Shown here: positions 34,380-47,400 of the stretch, piece by piece
How positions within the stretch are numbered: position 1 is the first letter of the stretch
Layout of the letters: every line of letters begins with the position of its first letter
DNA from: Callorhinchus milii
Taxonomy: Eukaryota
Assembly (NCBI RefSeq): GCF_018977255.1
Contig: NW_024704768.1
Span: 3,596,001 to 3,660,000 of the forward strand
DNA: 64,000 bases
Direction of reading: 5' to 3'
The notes under the pieces: generated by a model
Seen by the model: only the letters and a program-made list of their open reading frames with translations
What the model was told of the DNA's origin: nothing
Database searches by the model: none
Program-made: the position numbers and the translations under genes

Positions 34380-36743
34380 GTAAGAGAGAGAGATGGAGAG
34401 AGAGAGAGAGAGAGAAGAGGAGAGGAGAGAGAGAGAGAGAGAGAGACACACACACACACACATACACACTCGCTGCATCCTCAGCCAAAGGAGGTTGTGG
34501 TCCTGATGCTGAGCTGGGCGATGGTGATGGGAGAGATGGGTGTGCAAACACTGACTGACTAACTGACTGACTGAGCTGTACTGTGTTGTGTGGGTTGGGG
34601 GTGGGGGTGGGGGTGGTGGTGGGGGAGGGGGGGGGGATCCATCCCCCTCTCAAGCCAGGCAGGCACCCCCTTGTAAATCACAGGATTTGCAAGGGCGATC
34701 TCTGCTCCGCGTCCGTCCGTCCGTCCGTCCGTCCATCCCCGGCAAATCCTGGGCTGCTGCCGCCGCTTCTTTTTTTATCCCCCTCCCTCCCTCCCCCCAC
34801 CCCAGCAAGTCCTCCCCCAAAAGCCATCTTTCAGAGCTGAGATTCGATTAGGCAGGCGGGCGGGCGGGCGGGCGGGCAGGCAGGCAAGCGGACGCAGACT
34901 CCTGCAAATCGGCCTCCTGCTTCGCCCGCCAGCGGTTAATCTGGGGCAAGCAGGCCTGGCGCCCGATGCAGTTCTGCGGTGCAGCAGCGTTCAAACGTCC
35001 AGCCCAGGGCTTGGCGGGTAAGTGTAGTGGCTGGGTGCACAATAATAATAATAATAATAATAATAATCCTTGAATTTGATACACCGCCTTATCGTGTAGT
35101 CGATACGTCTCGAAGCGCTTCACAGCATATATTGTAAAAGTGGATTGACTGTGTGTTGTGTAGGCAGCTGTAATAATAATAATAAGAAGAAGAATAATCC
35201 TTGCATTTGATATGGGCACCTTATCACATCGTCAAGACAACTCAAAGAGCTTCCCAGGATATGCTGTATAGAGTAGTGACTGTTTGTAGGGGACAGTCAA
35301 CTTCTCAACTGGGTGAGAGAAACCCTCTTCTCTTTTCGAGTAGTGCCGTGGGATCTTTAAGTTGTTGCTGAATTGATGTCAAGCGTAGTGACTGCGTCCG
35401 GCTTGGAACGAAAGATGGATTTTTTTTAAAAAAAGAAGGACTGCTTTATAATATTAATAGTGAAATAGCAATCATCGCATCTGATACGGCGCCTCTCGTG
35501 TCTCAAAGCACTTCGCAGGATTGACTACAAAGTGTAGTGACTGTGTGTTTTTGTAGGAACTTTTCAAAACCCGGGCTGATCTTAAACTTGCCGATAATGG
35601 ATTTAAGGCTCAGACCACGAGAATTCCTTGCCCTAGGTTTCTAAGTTTAAAAATAGAACCTCGCTAGGTAATCTCGATTTACATAAACTCAAGAGGGCTG
35701 AAATTCTACGCGGTCTAATAATAACCTCCGCGTTTGATGCATCGTCTAATAACATCCAGGCGCCTCAACACACGTCACAGGGAATTGTTGTCAAGTGTAG
35801 TGACTGTGTGTGCGTGTGCACTTGAAGGCAAACAGGGCAGCCAGTTTGCGCACAGCAGATTCTCTCATGCAGCACTGAAGTGAGTCACCAATTTTTAATT
35901 TGGGGGATTGTTGGTCAGGTAGCGCGGGAGAGAGAGAGAGAGAGAGAGGAACTACTTTCTCTTTTCACTTCACGGTTGTTTGCGGGGACGTCGCTGTGTG
36001 TGGATTGGCTGCCCCACGATCGCCTACAAGACACACTCGTCAATCCGTTTTACAGTAAAATCCTGTGAAGCGCTTTGAGACAGCCTTCTGATACGAAAGT
36101 CGCTGTAGCAAATGCAAGCATTATTATTATCATTATATGTGGAAAACTCCTTTTTATAATTAAAAAAGCACACACAGAACTGGCTCCGAATCAATCCCGA
36201 ATACAGGAAGTTTGCACAGATACAGGGATTTTTTTTGCAATTGGCTGCCACGTTTCGGCAATGAAAAACACAGACAATTCACTTTACAGTATAATTTGTG
36301 AAGTGTTTGAGACGTCACAACGCCTTGACGAGGCACTAGATCAAATGCAAGGTTTATTATTATTATTATTATATATACTGATTTGATATAAACCAGATGC
36401 TAAGGATCCCATGGCGTTATTCGGAAAGAGAAGGGAGTTTCTCTCTCTCTCCCGGCGTCTTGGCCGACAATACCCCAGATTATTATGATTAGATGCATTT
36501 TATGGCAAAATGTTCACACAGGCCTCTGTATTCCAATCTCCTTGCTTTTAGTGACTTCTGGTCTGCCCGCCTGCTTTGTTTCTGACATACGTTCAGTTAT
36601 TGATTATTTCTAAGTGCATATTAGTATCTCTAGGTCCTGCCCAGAACTCAGCCTCCCCATTAGCTGTAAAAGCATTGGCCCAGCTCAGCCACTTAATGAG
36701 CGTAATGGTGATCTGGAAGCAACAGCATTATCTTCCATTACAG

Positions 36744-36889
36744 GCTCCGGCTGATGCAGAACTCCGCAGGGACCTTGGCTGTGTGTGGAGTGGGCCCGGC
36801 TTTGTTCTATCTGTGGAAATAATTCACACCTCAGTGGAACAGCAGCTTGCCGAAGGCAGTGAGTGGGTTTCGCTGAAGAGAGGGAACAG
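36744..36889 (+). other. Candidate MAP3K12 5'-UTR internal exon with a uORF
   Basis: tcttccattacag| acceptor and CAG|GTAAGG donor; contains ATG...TAA (MQNSAGTLAVCGVGPALFYLWK*). Confidence 0.45.
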
Positions 36890-39763
36890 GTAAGGTGGGG
36901 TGGGGGGGGGGGGGAGGAAGAGGAGGAGGAGGAGGAGGAGGGATGAGTCGGAACAACAACAACAACTTGTATTTATACAGTGCCCTTCACACGGGCAGTG
37001 TCTCGGAGCGCTTAACAATGACGGAGCCTGACCCCGAGCTCGGGAAGGGGGGGAGGTGACCATAAGCACGGTTGAAGAGGAAAGTCTTCAGTCAGGATCT
37101 AAGGCGGGGATGGGACCTCGGTTTAACATCCCGTCCGGAGGATGGCATCTCCGACAATGTAGCGCTTCTGCCCCCCCCCCCCCCCCACTCCACCCCACAC
37201 TGTCTGCTGATTGTGCTGAACCCCCACACGCACATAGGCACTGCGGGGGGTGGGGGGGCGGGGGCCTGAGGTGGGTGTCAGTGTCCAAAGCGCTTCACAG
37301 AATCATAAAATCTTACAGCAACAGAAGGAGACTATTCGGCCCATTGTGCCTGTGCTACCAACTAGTGCCACTCACTCCCCCGTTCGTATCCCATAGCACT
37401 ACAACTTCTTCCTTTTCAAGTACTGTACCCGTCCAATTCCATTTTGAAAGCTCTCATCGAACCTACTTTCATCACCCTTTCAGATCGACGTGAAAAGCGC
37501 TATATCAAATGCAAGGATTATTATTTGTTATTATCGTAACTACTCTCTGGGTGAAACAAAATTCTCCTCGTCTTCCTTCTGGTTCGTTTACCAATTATCT
37601 TTAATCTTTCCAGCATATACCGTGAAGTAAATTGACTGTGTATTTTGTGGGTGAAACAATTTTTTTTCGGATTAGAGGGGAAAAGTTGCTGGTGTCACAT
37701 GCATCTGATCATGTGGCTGGTGTGGTTGGGTTTAAGGAGGTCAAACAAAATCTCTCCTTTGAATCAATCCCAACCTTGAAATCCTCAATCCTCACGGTTA
37801 ATCGCTCGCTCACTTTCAGAGCTGTTTGCGGGACTTTGCTGTACGCAAGACTGGCTGCCACATTTACCCACGAAAACAGTCACTACACTTGACGGCAGTT
37901 GTTTGTGAACCGCTTTGAGAGGGTTTAAGGTGCGCTCGTGAGAGCGCGCGCGCGCGCGTGTGTGTGTGTGTGATGTCTTCACTCCATCTGCTAAAAGGGG
38001 AAGGTTCCGGCAGAATTATCAGTGTAGCAGTTAACGAAACAACAACAACAACAACAACTCGCATTTATATAGCGCCTTCACTCGGGGCAATGCCTCGAGC
38101 GCTTAACAGTAGGTGGAGCCTGACGCCGAGCTGGGGTGGGGGGAGGAATGGAGAAGGTGACCGCAAGCACGGTCAAAGAGGAAGGTCTTTCAGTCCGGAT
38201 TTAATGGAGGAAATCTAATGTTGTTCGAGTGCATTTGATTGTGTGTGTGTGTGTGTGTGCGCCTGTGAGTCTGCGTGCATGCGAGCTTACACTCGGTCGC
38301 AGAACATGACCGAGTTTAATTGTTCGCCACGATTCCGCGCCACCATAAATCATAAGGCAAAGAAAAAAAAAAGGGGTCGGGCGGCCCGAGACCGGCTGGA
38401 ATTTGGGGGGGGGTGGGGGGGCGTAGGGAAGTCCAAGTTCCTCTTTTGTCTTTTCTGTATTTTTTTTTAAAAAAACAACGCGCCCGCGGGCGCGCGCGCG
38501 CACACGCACAAACACGCTCGTGGGTGCACGCATCAGTGGTGATCCTGCTCTGAATTGGTCCTGATGATGTTGGTGCCTTTACTGACCCCTGGGGACTGTC
38601 GATAGGATTTACAATGCAAAATAAGAAACTGTGTGTGTGTGTGTGTGTCTCTCCCTCTCTCTCTCTCTCTCGCCGCTTTTCCATTGCCGTTGATGCTCTG
38701 ACTCGGTACTACTTTGGCGAGGGTGAACAGGCAGTGGGGGAGTGGGGGAGTGGGGGAGGGAGTCCGTGTGTGACCCTCTCTCCTCCAGCGCTTGATATGG
38801 CTTTACTGGAAGTGACGCACGAATGTGTGTGTGTGTGTGTGGGGGGGGGTGGGGGGAAGGTGGGAGGGAGTCTCCAGGCATCAGCTGTGCACGGTGCCGC
38901 CTGAAATTTTTATTTCCGCGAGGGGGACATTAAACGATTGATCGCTCTCTCTGCAGAGACGCTTCCCAGAACACTCGTGAATCCTCGCTCAGTGAAGACT
39001 ATTTATTACACTCCTCTTCTCCCCCCCCCCCCCCCCACACCTCCCATACTGCAAGGCATCTTACAAGTCTCTGACGAAAGTACTGCAGTGCTCTATCCTG
39101 TGTTATTCAGTAACAGCTTTGGTGATGGACACAGCATCTATCACATCGCTACGTGTGTAGAACTGCAGCAAAGTGTAGTGACTGCGTATCTGCTGGCAAA
39201 TAAGGTGGCATTTTACGTGCTGCAGGGTCCCCTGAACCCCACGGCTGTGCGTTTCAACTCCACCTCGGCCTGCAAATAAATACGCACTTGCCTACAAATG
39301 CACATTCTCGTGAAGCGATTTTGAGATGTTTTGACGATTGGAGGCGTTGCATCAAATGCTAGAATTTAAATCCTGGGAATTAACATGACTCAGTTGCAGG
39401 GAATGTGCTGCTGCTGATGACCCCCTAACCCCTGCTGGGTCTAAGTCTTGGGGAAATTCCTTTACTATTGTCCTCAGGAGTCCTGGGAGCAGAAATCCGA
39501 GATTTCCATTATTCGTTACCTGCTGTTCTCGCACCTCCTCCAGTGCCTCAACCCTACCCTTCCTCCTTCCCCGCACCCACCCCCACCCCCTCGCATTACA
39601 ATGATCCTTGCATTTGGCATAGCACGAATTATTGCCAGAATGGCTCCAAACAAACAGCTCTGCAAAGTTACTGTAATGTGCATTGACTGTATTGCAGGTA
39701 ATTGTGGCTAATTTGTGCACAGCAGTGTCCCACAAACAGCTTGCTTGTATGATCAGTTTATTA

Positions 39764-40127
39764 TTAATAATAATACTTGCGTTTGATATGGCGCCTGATC
39801 ACGTCGTTGAGACATCTCAAAGTGCTTCACAGTATATATTGTACAGCGGATTGTGTGTTTTGTGGGTGAAACATGACAGCCAATTGTGCACAGCAGTGTC
39901 CCACAAACAGTTGTGGATTGAGTGACCACATTTTTTTACACATGGAGAGATTATGAACCCAGGAAAGCGCTCCGCCAATCGACTTACAAGCGGGTTCCTA
40001 CTTACTGCTGGGTAAACAGAGGCGTGTGGAGTAAGGAAACTTGCCAAAGGTTTTTCCCTGCCTGGGACTCGAACCCGGGTCTCTCGCTTGCGAGGCGAGC
40101 TCTCTAACCATTATGCTCAGGGACTCC
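39764..40127 (-). mobile_element. Same SINE family, full length
   Basis: Head, core and tail on the minus strand. Confidence 0.8.
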
Positions 40128-40325
40128 ATGGGAATTTGTTTTTACCCCAGGGGGATTGTCGGGCAGGATACCGGGAGAGAGAAACTCTTTTCTTTTCCGA
40201 ATAGCGCTACGTAATCTTCAACGTCTGCCCGGACATGGCACAGCCGGGGAGCGTGGGTTAACGACTTGTCTAAAGGACGGTGCCTCTGATAATGCAGCAG
40301 TGCTCTCGCCTTCGTCAGTACTTGT

Positions 40326-40597
40326 GGAGTCCTGTAGCTCAGTGGTTAGAGCACTCACCTTGCAAGCGAGACACCAGGCAGGGCAAAACCTTGGGCGAGT
40401 TTCCTTATGCCACACGCCTAATAATTTTCAATTTCATTTCATTTTCAATCCACGACTGTTTGTGGGGACGCCGCTGTGCGCAATTGGCCGCCGCGTTTCG
40501 CCCACAAATATACGGTCAGTTCACTTTACAGCCTATTCTGTGAAGCGCTTTGAGGGGTCGAGAAGATGTGAAATGCGAGGATGGTTATTATTATTAT
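40326..40597 (+). mobile_element. Same SINE family, internally deleted
   Basis: ggagtcctgtagctcagtggttagagcac... core gggacgccgctgtgcgcaattggccgccgcgtttcg. Confidence 0.8.
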
Positions 40598-42327
40598 CAT
40601 CACTTTGAGCTCAGTGTCCCCAAAGTATGGGCCTTAAATCTGCGGCCTTCTGACTTTGAGGGGAGAACCCGACCGACCGAGCCTCGATCAGAGAGCCACC
40701 CATTGTCATTGGAACAGCTCCCGTAACTTCTCCATAGCGCTCGGCGGGAATTACCATCCCATGTATTAAAAAGAATAGAGCCTTATTGTGTTGGGAGGTG
40801 GTCTGAAAGCTGTGTGTGTGTGTGTGTGTGTATGTGTGTAAGGGTGAGCACAACTGAGCATGTACAGAACAGGTCTGGGAGTCAGGTCTAATCTTATCTG
40901 GTTACCTCATGCTCGGGGATTGATCTGTGTTGCTTGGTAACTACTCCCTGCCTCCTTGTGCCTGTCCTCTCCCCTCCCCGCCAGGCTGAGAACCAGGAAG
41001 ATGGCTTTTCGCACCATTGCAGTGTGACGGCAGGAGTCTTTGGAAGCAAAATGTGCAATTAAAGAAAGCCATCGCTCTACTCTGCTCGTGTGTGAGTGCG
41101 TGTGTCTCTGTGTGTGAGTGTGTATGTGTGTCCTCAGTTCAATGTAAGCCTTTCGCCTCCTGTCTCTCACCAACTATTATTACTGCTTCTCGCGTGGTGA
41201 CTGCTAACACAAACAGTCACCGTGCTTGACAGTAATAGCAGTAATAATAATGATCCTTACGTTCATATCGCGCGCCGTATCATGTCGTCGAGACGTCTCT
41301 CAAAGCGCTTCGCAGAATATACTGTCAAGTGCAGTGACTGTGTACATTGCAGGGCGAAACGTGGCAGCCGATTGCGCGCAGCAGTGTCCCGCACACAGTG
41401 GTGGATTGAGCGACGCTATTAAGAAAGATAAAAGGACTTTCTCCCGGTTTCCTGGCCGACAATCCTCCCCCTCCCCCAATGCCCCCCCCCCCCCCCTCGC
41501 CCGCCACCACCATCGGATAAACCTCACGGTCCCAAAATGTCCGACTACGTTTGTTTACAAATACACCATAATAACATGTGCAGTATCCAACACAAATTAT
41601 CAGTGGATAAATGAGGGTGTTAGGCCCTGGGGGGGGGGGGGAGTGTGAGCAGGTGGGTGAGGGCGATGGGGGCAGAGGGAGAGGTGGGGGCACTTTTATG
41701 AGCTCTAGATTCAGTGCCCTGAGGGTTAAATGGTTTATCGCTTCCTTCCCCGCTGTGCTTCGTCCTACAGATGTGCTTTCTCTTTTGACTTTAATGAGTG
41801 CCGTGGTGGTGGGGGGGGGGGGGGCGGAGAGGCGGGGAGATGAAAGCTCGGGATGTGTAGCGGTGAGGGGCAGGGTGTATGTAGGTAGGCAGGATACAGT
41901 CCGTAATGGCCCCTTTCTCAGCCGCTCAGCAAACACTTTAATCCGACCGGATGAGATCATTCGGCGGTGGTGGGGGGTGGGGGGGGGGGAGATAAGGAAC
42001 GTAAAATCCACCTGCTTCAGTTCTCCTGCCTGCATTCCTGGAGTCTGACTCATTCCCTACCTGCTCTCTCGCTCACTCCGACACCTCCTACTCCTCCGCT
42101 CATTGGCTGTGCTGGTTGCACGAGGATATGCCGAGGCTGATTCCTTGCACTGCAGTCCCGTCACAGACTGCAGTCCTGGCTCTCGTAACCCGGCAGCACA
42201 GCCACCGTCCCCGGCGAGGGGAAAGGCTTGTACCGCGGGGTGCGGACGCCTGGCTCTGGCTGGCACCCTCCGAACTTAAACGTCCCGTTCGCAGTGAAGG
42301 TGAGAGGGCGAATCAGACTGTGATGTT

Positions 42328-42592
42328 NNNNNNNNNNNNNNNNNNNNNNNNNNNNNNNNNNNNNNNNNNNNNNNNNNNNNNNNNNNNNNNNNNNNNNNNN
42401 NNNNNNNNNNNNNNNNNNNNNNNNNNNNNNNNNNNNNNNNNNNNNNNNNNNNNNNNNNNNNNNNNNNNNNNNNNNNNNNNNNNNNNNNNNNNNNNNNNNN
42501 NNNNNNNNNNNNNNNNNNNNNNNNNNNNNNNNNNNNNNNNNNNNNNNNNNNNNNNNNNNNNNNNNNNNNNNNNNNNNNNNNNNNNNNNNNNN
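42328..42592. other. Assembly gap (N run)
   Basis: 265 N. Confidence 1.
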
Positions 42593-44442
42593 ACTGTGTG
42601 TGTGAGAGGGAGAGAGTCGCTGTATGAGTGTGAAGGAGAGAGACTGTGTGGGTGTGCGATGGAGAGACGCACTGTGTGTGGGTGCGTATGGGTATGTGTT
42701 TATTTGTGTGTGTGTATGTGAGGGAGACAGAGACAGCGAGAGAGGTGGGGGGAAAGTGTGTGCATGTGTGACTGTGTGGGGATGAGTATATGGTGAGTGA
42801 GGACAATGTGGTGGTGGAGAGTGGGGGGGGGGGGATGGGGTGAAGAGTGTGGGAGTGTGTATGAGGGTCTCTCTCTTTCTTGGTGACACATTAAGCCAGC
42901 CTGCCCGGTGTCTGAATTGGTTCCCCCTCCCCTCCTCCCCCCCCCCCCCCCCATCCCCAAGAGGTGTGCCTGGAGTGACCCTGAGTGTAACTGAAAGACA
43001 CATTCCTATTCACTTCCACTACTTCCCCCCCCCTCTCCCCCCCTTCCCATTTCAATCTCTCCCTTTGCAGGTCATGTTCCAAACAAACATGGTTTGGGAT
43101 AAACGTTTAACTTGGGGGAAATATGAGCCCCGCAATTTTACCCGGTCCTTTCGTTTCGAATTTAAGGTGGGGTGGAATTGTGAAAAAAAATTCTTCACTT
43201 CGCCTTTAATTTCTAAAACAATTTCCCGCTGTTTCTTTTCCTTCAGTCTCTGGACCCTTGGTGGATTATTCCCGACAGGATAAGTGACTGTGTATTTTGT
43301 AGACAAACGTAGCAGCCAATTTGAGCTGAGAAAGATCCTGTAAACTGCTTTGACGTGAAGGAATGGGTGATTTTTATCTGTGAAATTGGGACTGTCTCCC
43401 TTCTCTCTTTCTTCGTCCACCTGAACAGGCGCAGACGGCAGTGGAAGAGGTTCTCATTCCGACCCCCCCCCCAATCTTCCATGTGAACCACAACCTCTCC
43501 CATCACACTCGGGGAAGGAGTGTGTGTGTGTGTGTGTGTGTACATTGGTGCAAACAACTGTATCTGTAAACAACAGGGAGGGAAGGAGGGAATGAGTGAG
43601 TGAGATTGAATATGCAATTGAGTGAATGCGAGAGAGCGAGTGAGTCAGTGAGTGAGTAGCTCATTCATGGGTCCGTCACCTCGCCTCACGGCTGTGTGGG
43701 AACGATTGACAGAGTTGCAAAGCAGACTCAATGACTACCTGTGATGATAAGACAGTGAATGTGATGGTCAATGTGCTGCTGATGGGGGCTGTGGAAGATT
43801 CAGGACCATGAACAGCACCTGACATTCACCCACACCCAGCGTTTCATTCCTCACTCGCTCACTCACTTTCTCTCTCTCTCTATCTCTCCCTCTGTCTCTC
43901 TTTCTCGCTCACTTTCACACTATTGTCTCTCGCACTTTTGCTCTCACTTCGTGTCTTACCCTCTCGCCTCCGGGAATGTGGGTTCACATTTGATTCGCGC
44001 AGTGCCGTGCGGGGTGGCACTGCGTAGATGGAGGGGAGGGGGTAATAACCCCTTTAAAAAAAACATTGAGTCACTCAATCCACAACCTTATGGGACACTG
44101 CTGTCTGCAATTTGCTGCTGTGTTTCGACCACACACAAAAAAAAGCAGTCAATAATCCGCTTTACAATATATCCTGTGAATCGCTTTGAGACGTCTCAAC
44201 GGCGTGATAAGGCGCTATTTCAAATGCAAGGATTATTATTATTTTCATCATTAAGTTCTTTGCAGCAGTGAGGTGTTGTACGCTGTGTCTTTTAGACGGT
44301 TGATTCCCTGTGTTGATTTTTTTCAGGCAAGGTTCTGTGACGCTGGGAGGTGAGGAGAGAGAGAGAGATAGAGGGAGAGAGAGAGAGACCTGGACCAGGT
44401 GGTGTTGTGTTGGTGGGTTTGGTGGCTTCTCGGTGAGCAACA

Positions 44443-47400
44443 ATGGCGTGTGTGGAAGAACCAAGGAACCTGCCGGCTTCCCTGAGCAACTTCCAGTCCA
44501 CGCTGAAGGACCGGGAAGATAACTTCATAGCCTTGCGGAAGCTGGAATCCCCGGGGTCTCGCACCCCCGGAGGGACCCCCGAACAGGACCTGTCGCCCAC
44601 TCAGTGCGTGATGCAGAACGTCCTGTCTCCCGAGGGCGGGGGTCACAGCCCCAACGCCATGACGGATGTCAGCGAGGACGCCCGCGAGCACTTCTCCAAC
44701 AGCGTGCTCCAGCTGCACGAGAACGAGGGGGGCAATGTGGCGGGGGCTTCCGGGAGCGAGGGGGCCGGGGGGGAGTGCAGGCGGGACGCCAGGCGGCTGG
44801 ACCACGTGAGGATACAATGCACGCAGTCCGGAGGGGGCTTCCTGGATGGGCTGTTCGGCTGCCTGAAGCCCGTGTGGTACATCATCGGCAAGGCTTACTC
44901 CACCGAACACAAGCTCCATCACGAAGGTGAGCCCCTCACCCCCGGGCCTCCCATAATCCCCCCTCCCCCTCGCTTGGCCACAGACAGCGCTGTCCATACA
45001 GACCCGTCCGCCCCCTCCACTCTACTGGGCTCCAGCCTGCTCCATGTCCTGCCCCTTCTTAGCCCTGCCCCCCCCCCCCCCCCCCCTCCACCATCGACGG
45101 TCAGGCCTTCAGCCTCTCTGCCCTCATCCTTTGGAACTCCATCCCACATTCCCTTTGCCTTGCTCCCTCTGTTGCCTCTTTCAAGGCCCGTCTCAAGACC
45201 CTTCTCTTCGACCGGATCCTCCTTTGGTCACCCTCCTACCCCCACCCTCCCTGCCCTCCACCCCTCCTGATCCCAACACCCAGCTCGGGTGCAAATCCTT
45301 AACTATTCAGTGCCTTGGGACATGTCCCCCCAACATGAAAGGCACTGTGTAAATGTAATTTGTTATTGTTGTTGTTTCCGATCTGTGGTAACCCCTCGAG
45401 CTGCCTATTTCCTGATCTTAGGCAAGTTTCCTTACTCCGCACACACGCCTCTGTTTACCTAGCAGTAAGTAGGAACCCGCTTCTGAGTCGATTGGCTTTT
45501 CTGTTTTAAAAAAAATAATAATAGTGATTTGGTCACTCAATCCATGACTGTTTGTGGGACACTGCTGTGCACAATTGGCTGCCGAGTTTCGCCCACAAAA
45601 TGTACAGGCAATTTATTTTACGGTACATCAGTGAAGCACTTTGAAACGTGTCAACGACATAATAAAGGGCTTTATCAGGATTATTAATATTCCTATCAGT
45701 GCAGAGCGCCAAGTGTGTAAACGAGTGTGAACCCGCCCTGGGACGCTACCCTGTGTGAGGGGCGCTGTAAATGCAAGCTGTTGTTGTTTGTGTAGGCATC
45801 GTGCTCTGTTTGTCCCCAGAATCCTGGGAGGTGCCGTTTGAGGAGATCTCGGACCTGCAGTGGGTGGGCAGTGGGGCCCAGGGTGCTGTCTTCCTCGGCA
45901 AGTTTCACGGGGAGGAGGTGGCCGTCAAGAAAGTGCGGGATATGAAAGAGACTGACATCAAACACCTGCGGAAACTCAAACACCCGAACATCATCACCTT
46001 CAAGTAGGTACAGCCCCAACCGAAGCACGTTTTCCGCTCTTCCTCTCTCCCTCTCTCCTTGTTTCTCGTTCTCTTTTTCTCTCTTTTCCTTTTTCTCCAT
46101 CTCTGTCTCCCTGATTTTCGTTTTCACTTTCTTTCTCTCTCTCTCTCTCTCTCTCCCTCTCTCCCTCTTTCTCTCTACCCCTCTCTGTCTTTAAAGCGCT
46201 CTGCGATGCCGTCCGGCGTGGAGGGCGCTAAATAAATCCAAGTTGTTGTTGTTGTTGTCTTGCAAGTTTGCAGAGTCTGGGTTGAAATTAGTTGCCTGTC
46301 TCAGGGAGCGCCGACAGCTGACTTCCTGGATGTTTGTCTGCAAGCGCTCTGCGTGAGGGACGCTATATAAATGCATGTTGTTGTTGTTGTTGTTGCTTTT
46401 CCTGGTCATCCACTTCCCAGCTCCGCTCCCCTCTGGTGTGGGAGAGAGTGGCCTGACGGACACCTGCTCTGCAGTGTGTGTGGGCAGGAGCAGCCCTGGG
46501 GATAAGCAGGAGCCAAGGACCAGACAGTGATCAATACACAAGAAGTCAGACATCTCTCTGAGCACCGCTCACTCAAGTCGGACCCAAACCCTGAGACCCG
46601 CTGTGTATCTGCATGTTGTATAACCATCCTTAATAATAATAATAATACTAATCCTTGCATTTGATACAGCGCCTTAATTGCGTCTTAAACCGTTTCGCAG
46701 AATAGACTGTAAAGTGAATTGTATTTTGTGGGCGAAACGCGGCAGCCAATTGCACCGAGCGGCGTCCCCACAAACAGCCGTGGAGGATTGAGTGGCCAAT
46801 TTATTTTTTATTCTTTTAAAGCAGTGCGCCTTATCGCGCCTTAGGCGAGTCTCAAAGGATTCACTGTGAAATGTAGTGATTGTACGTTTCGTTAAAGGGG
46901 AACCCAGCAGCCAATTTACGTCTTAAATGGGGCAGCTCTGGGACGCTATATAAATGCGTATATAAACACAAGCTCAAGTTGTCGTCGTCGTCGTCGTGGC
47001 CCTCACGGTGGTACTCTTCCATTTCCGCAGGGGTGTGTGTACCCAGGCCCCGTGTTACTGTATCATTATGGAGTATTGCGCCCAAGGGCAGCTGTACGAG
47101 GTGCTGAGGGCCGGCAGGAAAGTCTCCCCTACGCTGCTAGTGGAGTGGTCCATGGGCATTGCCGGGGGCATGAACTATCTGCATCTCCACAAAATCATCC
47201 ACCGTGACCTGAAGTCACCAAAGTGAGTGCTGGGGTGGGGGGGTGGGAATGGGGGGGGAGGGGGAGGGCTCCATAATAATACTACTAATAATAATCCTTG
47301 CATTTGATATAACGCCTTATCACATCGTTGAGACGTCTCAAAGTGCTTCACAAGATACACTGTAGAATAGATTGACTGTGTATTTTGTGGGTGAATAATA

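Noticed and set aside
32712-34459. 467-aa and 313-aa His/Thr/Pro-rich minus-strand ORFs
   Set aside because: Products of the G/T tandem repeat; no splice or domain support.
43741-43822. GTGATGA...CTGA, possible C/D box snoRNA
   Set aside because: No terminal stem and no recognisable rRNA or snRNA guide.
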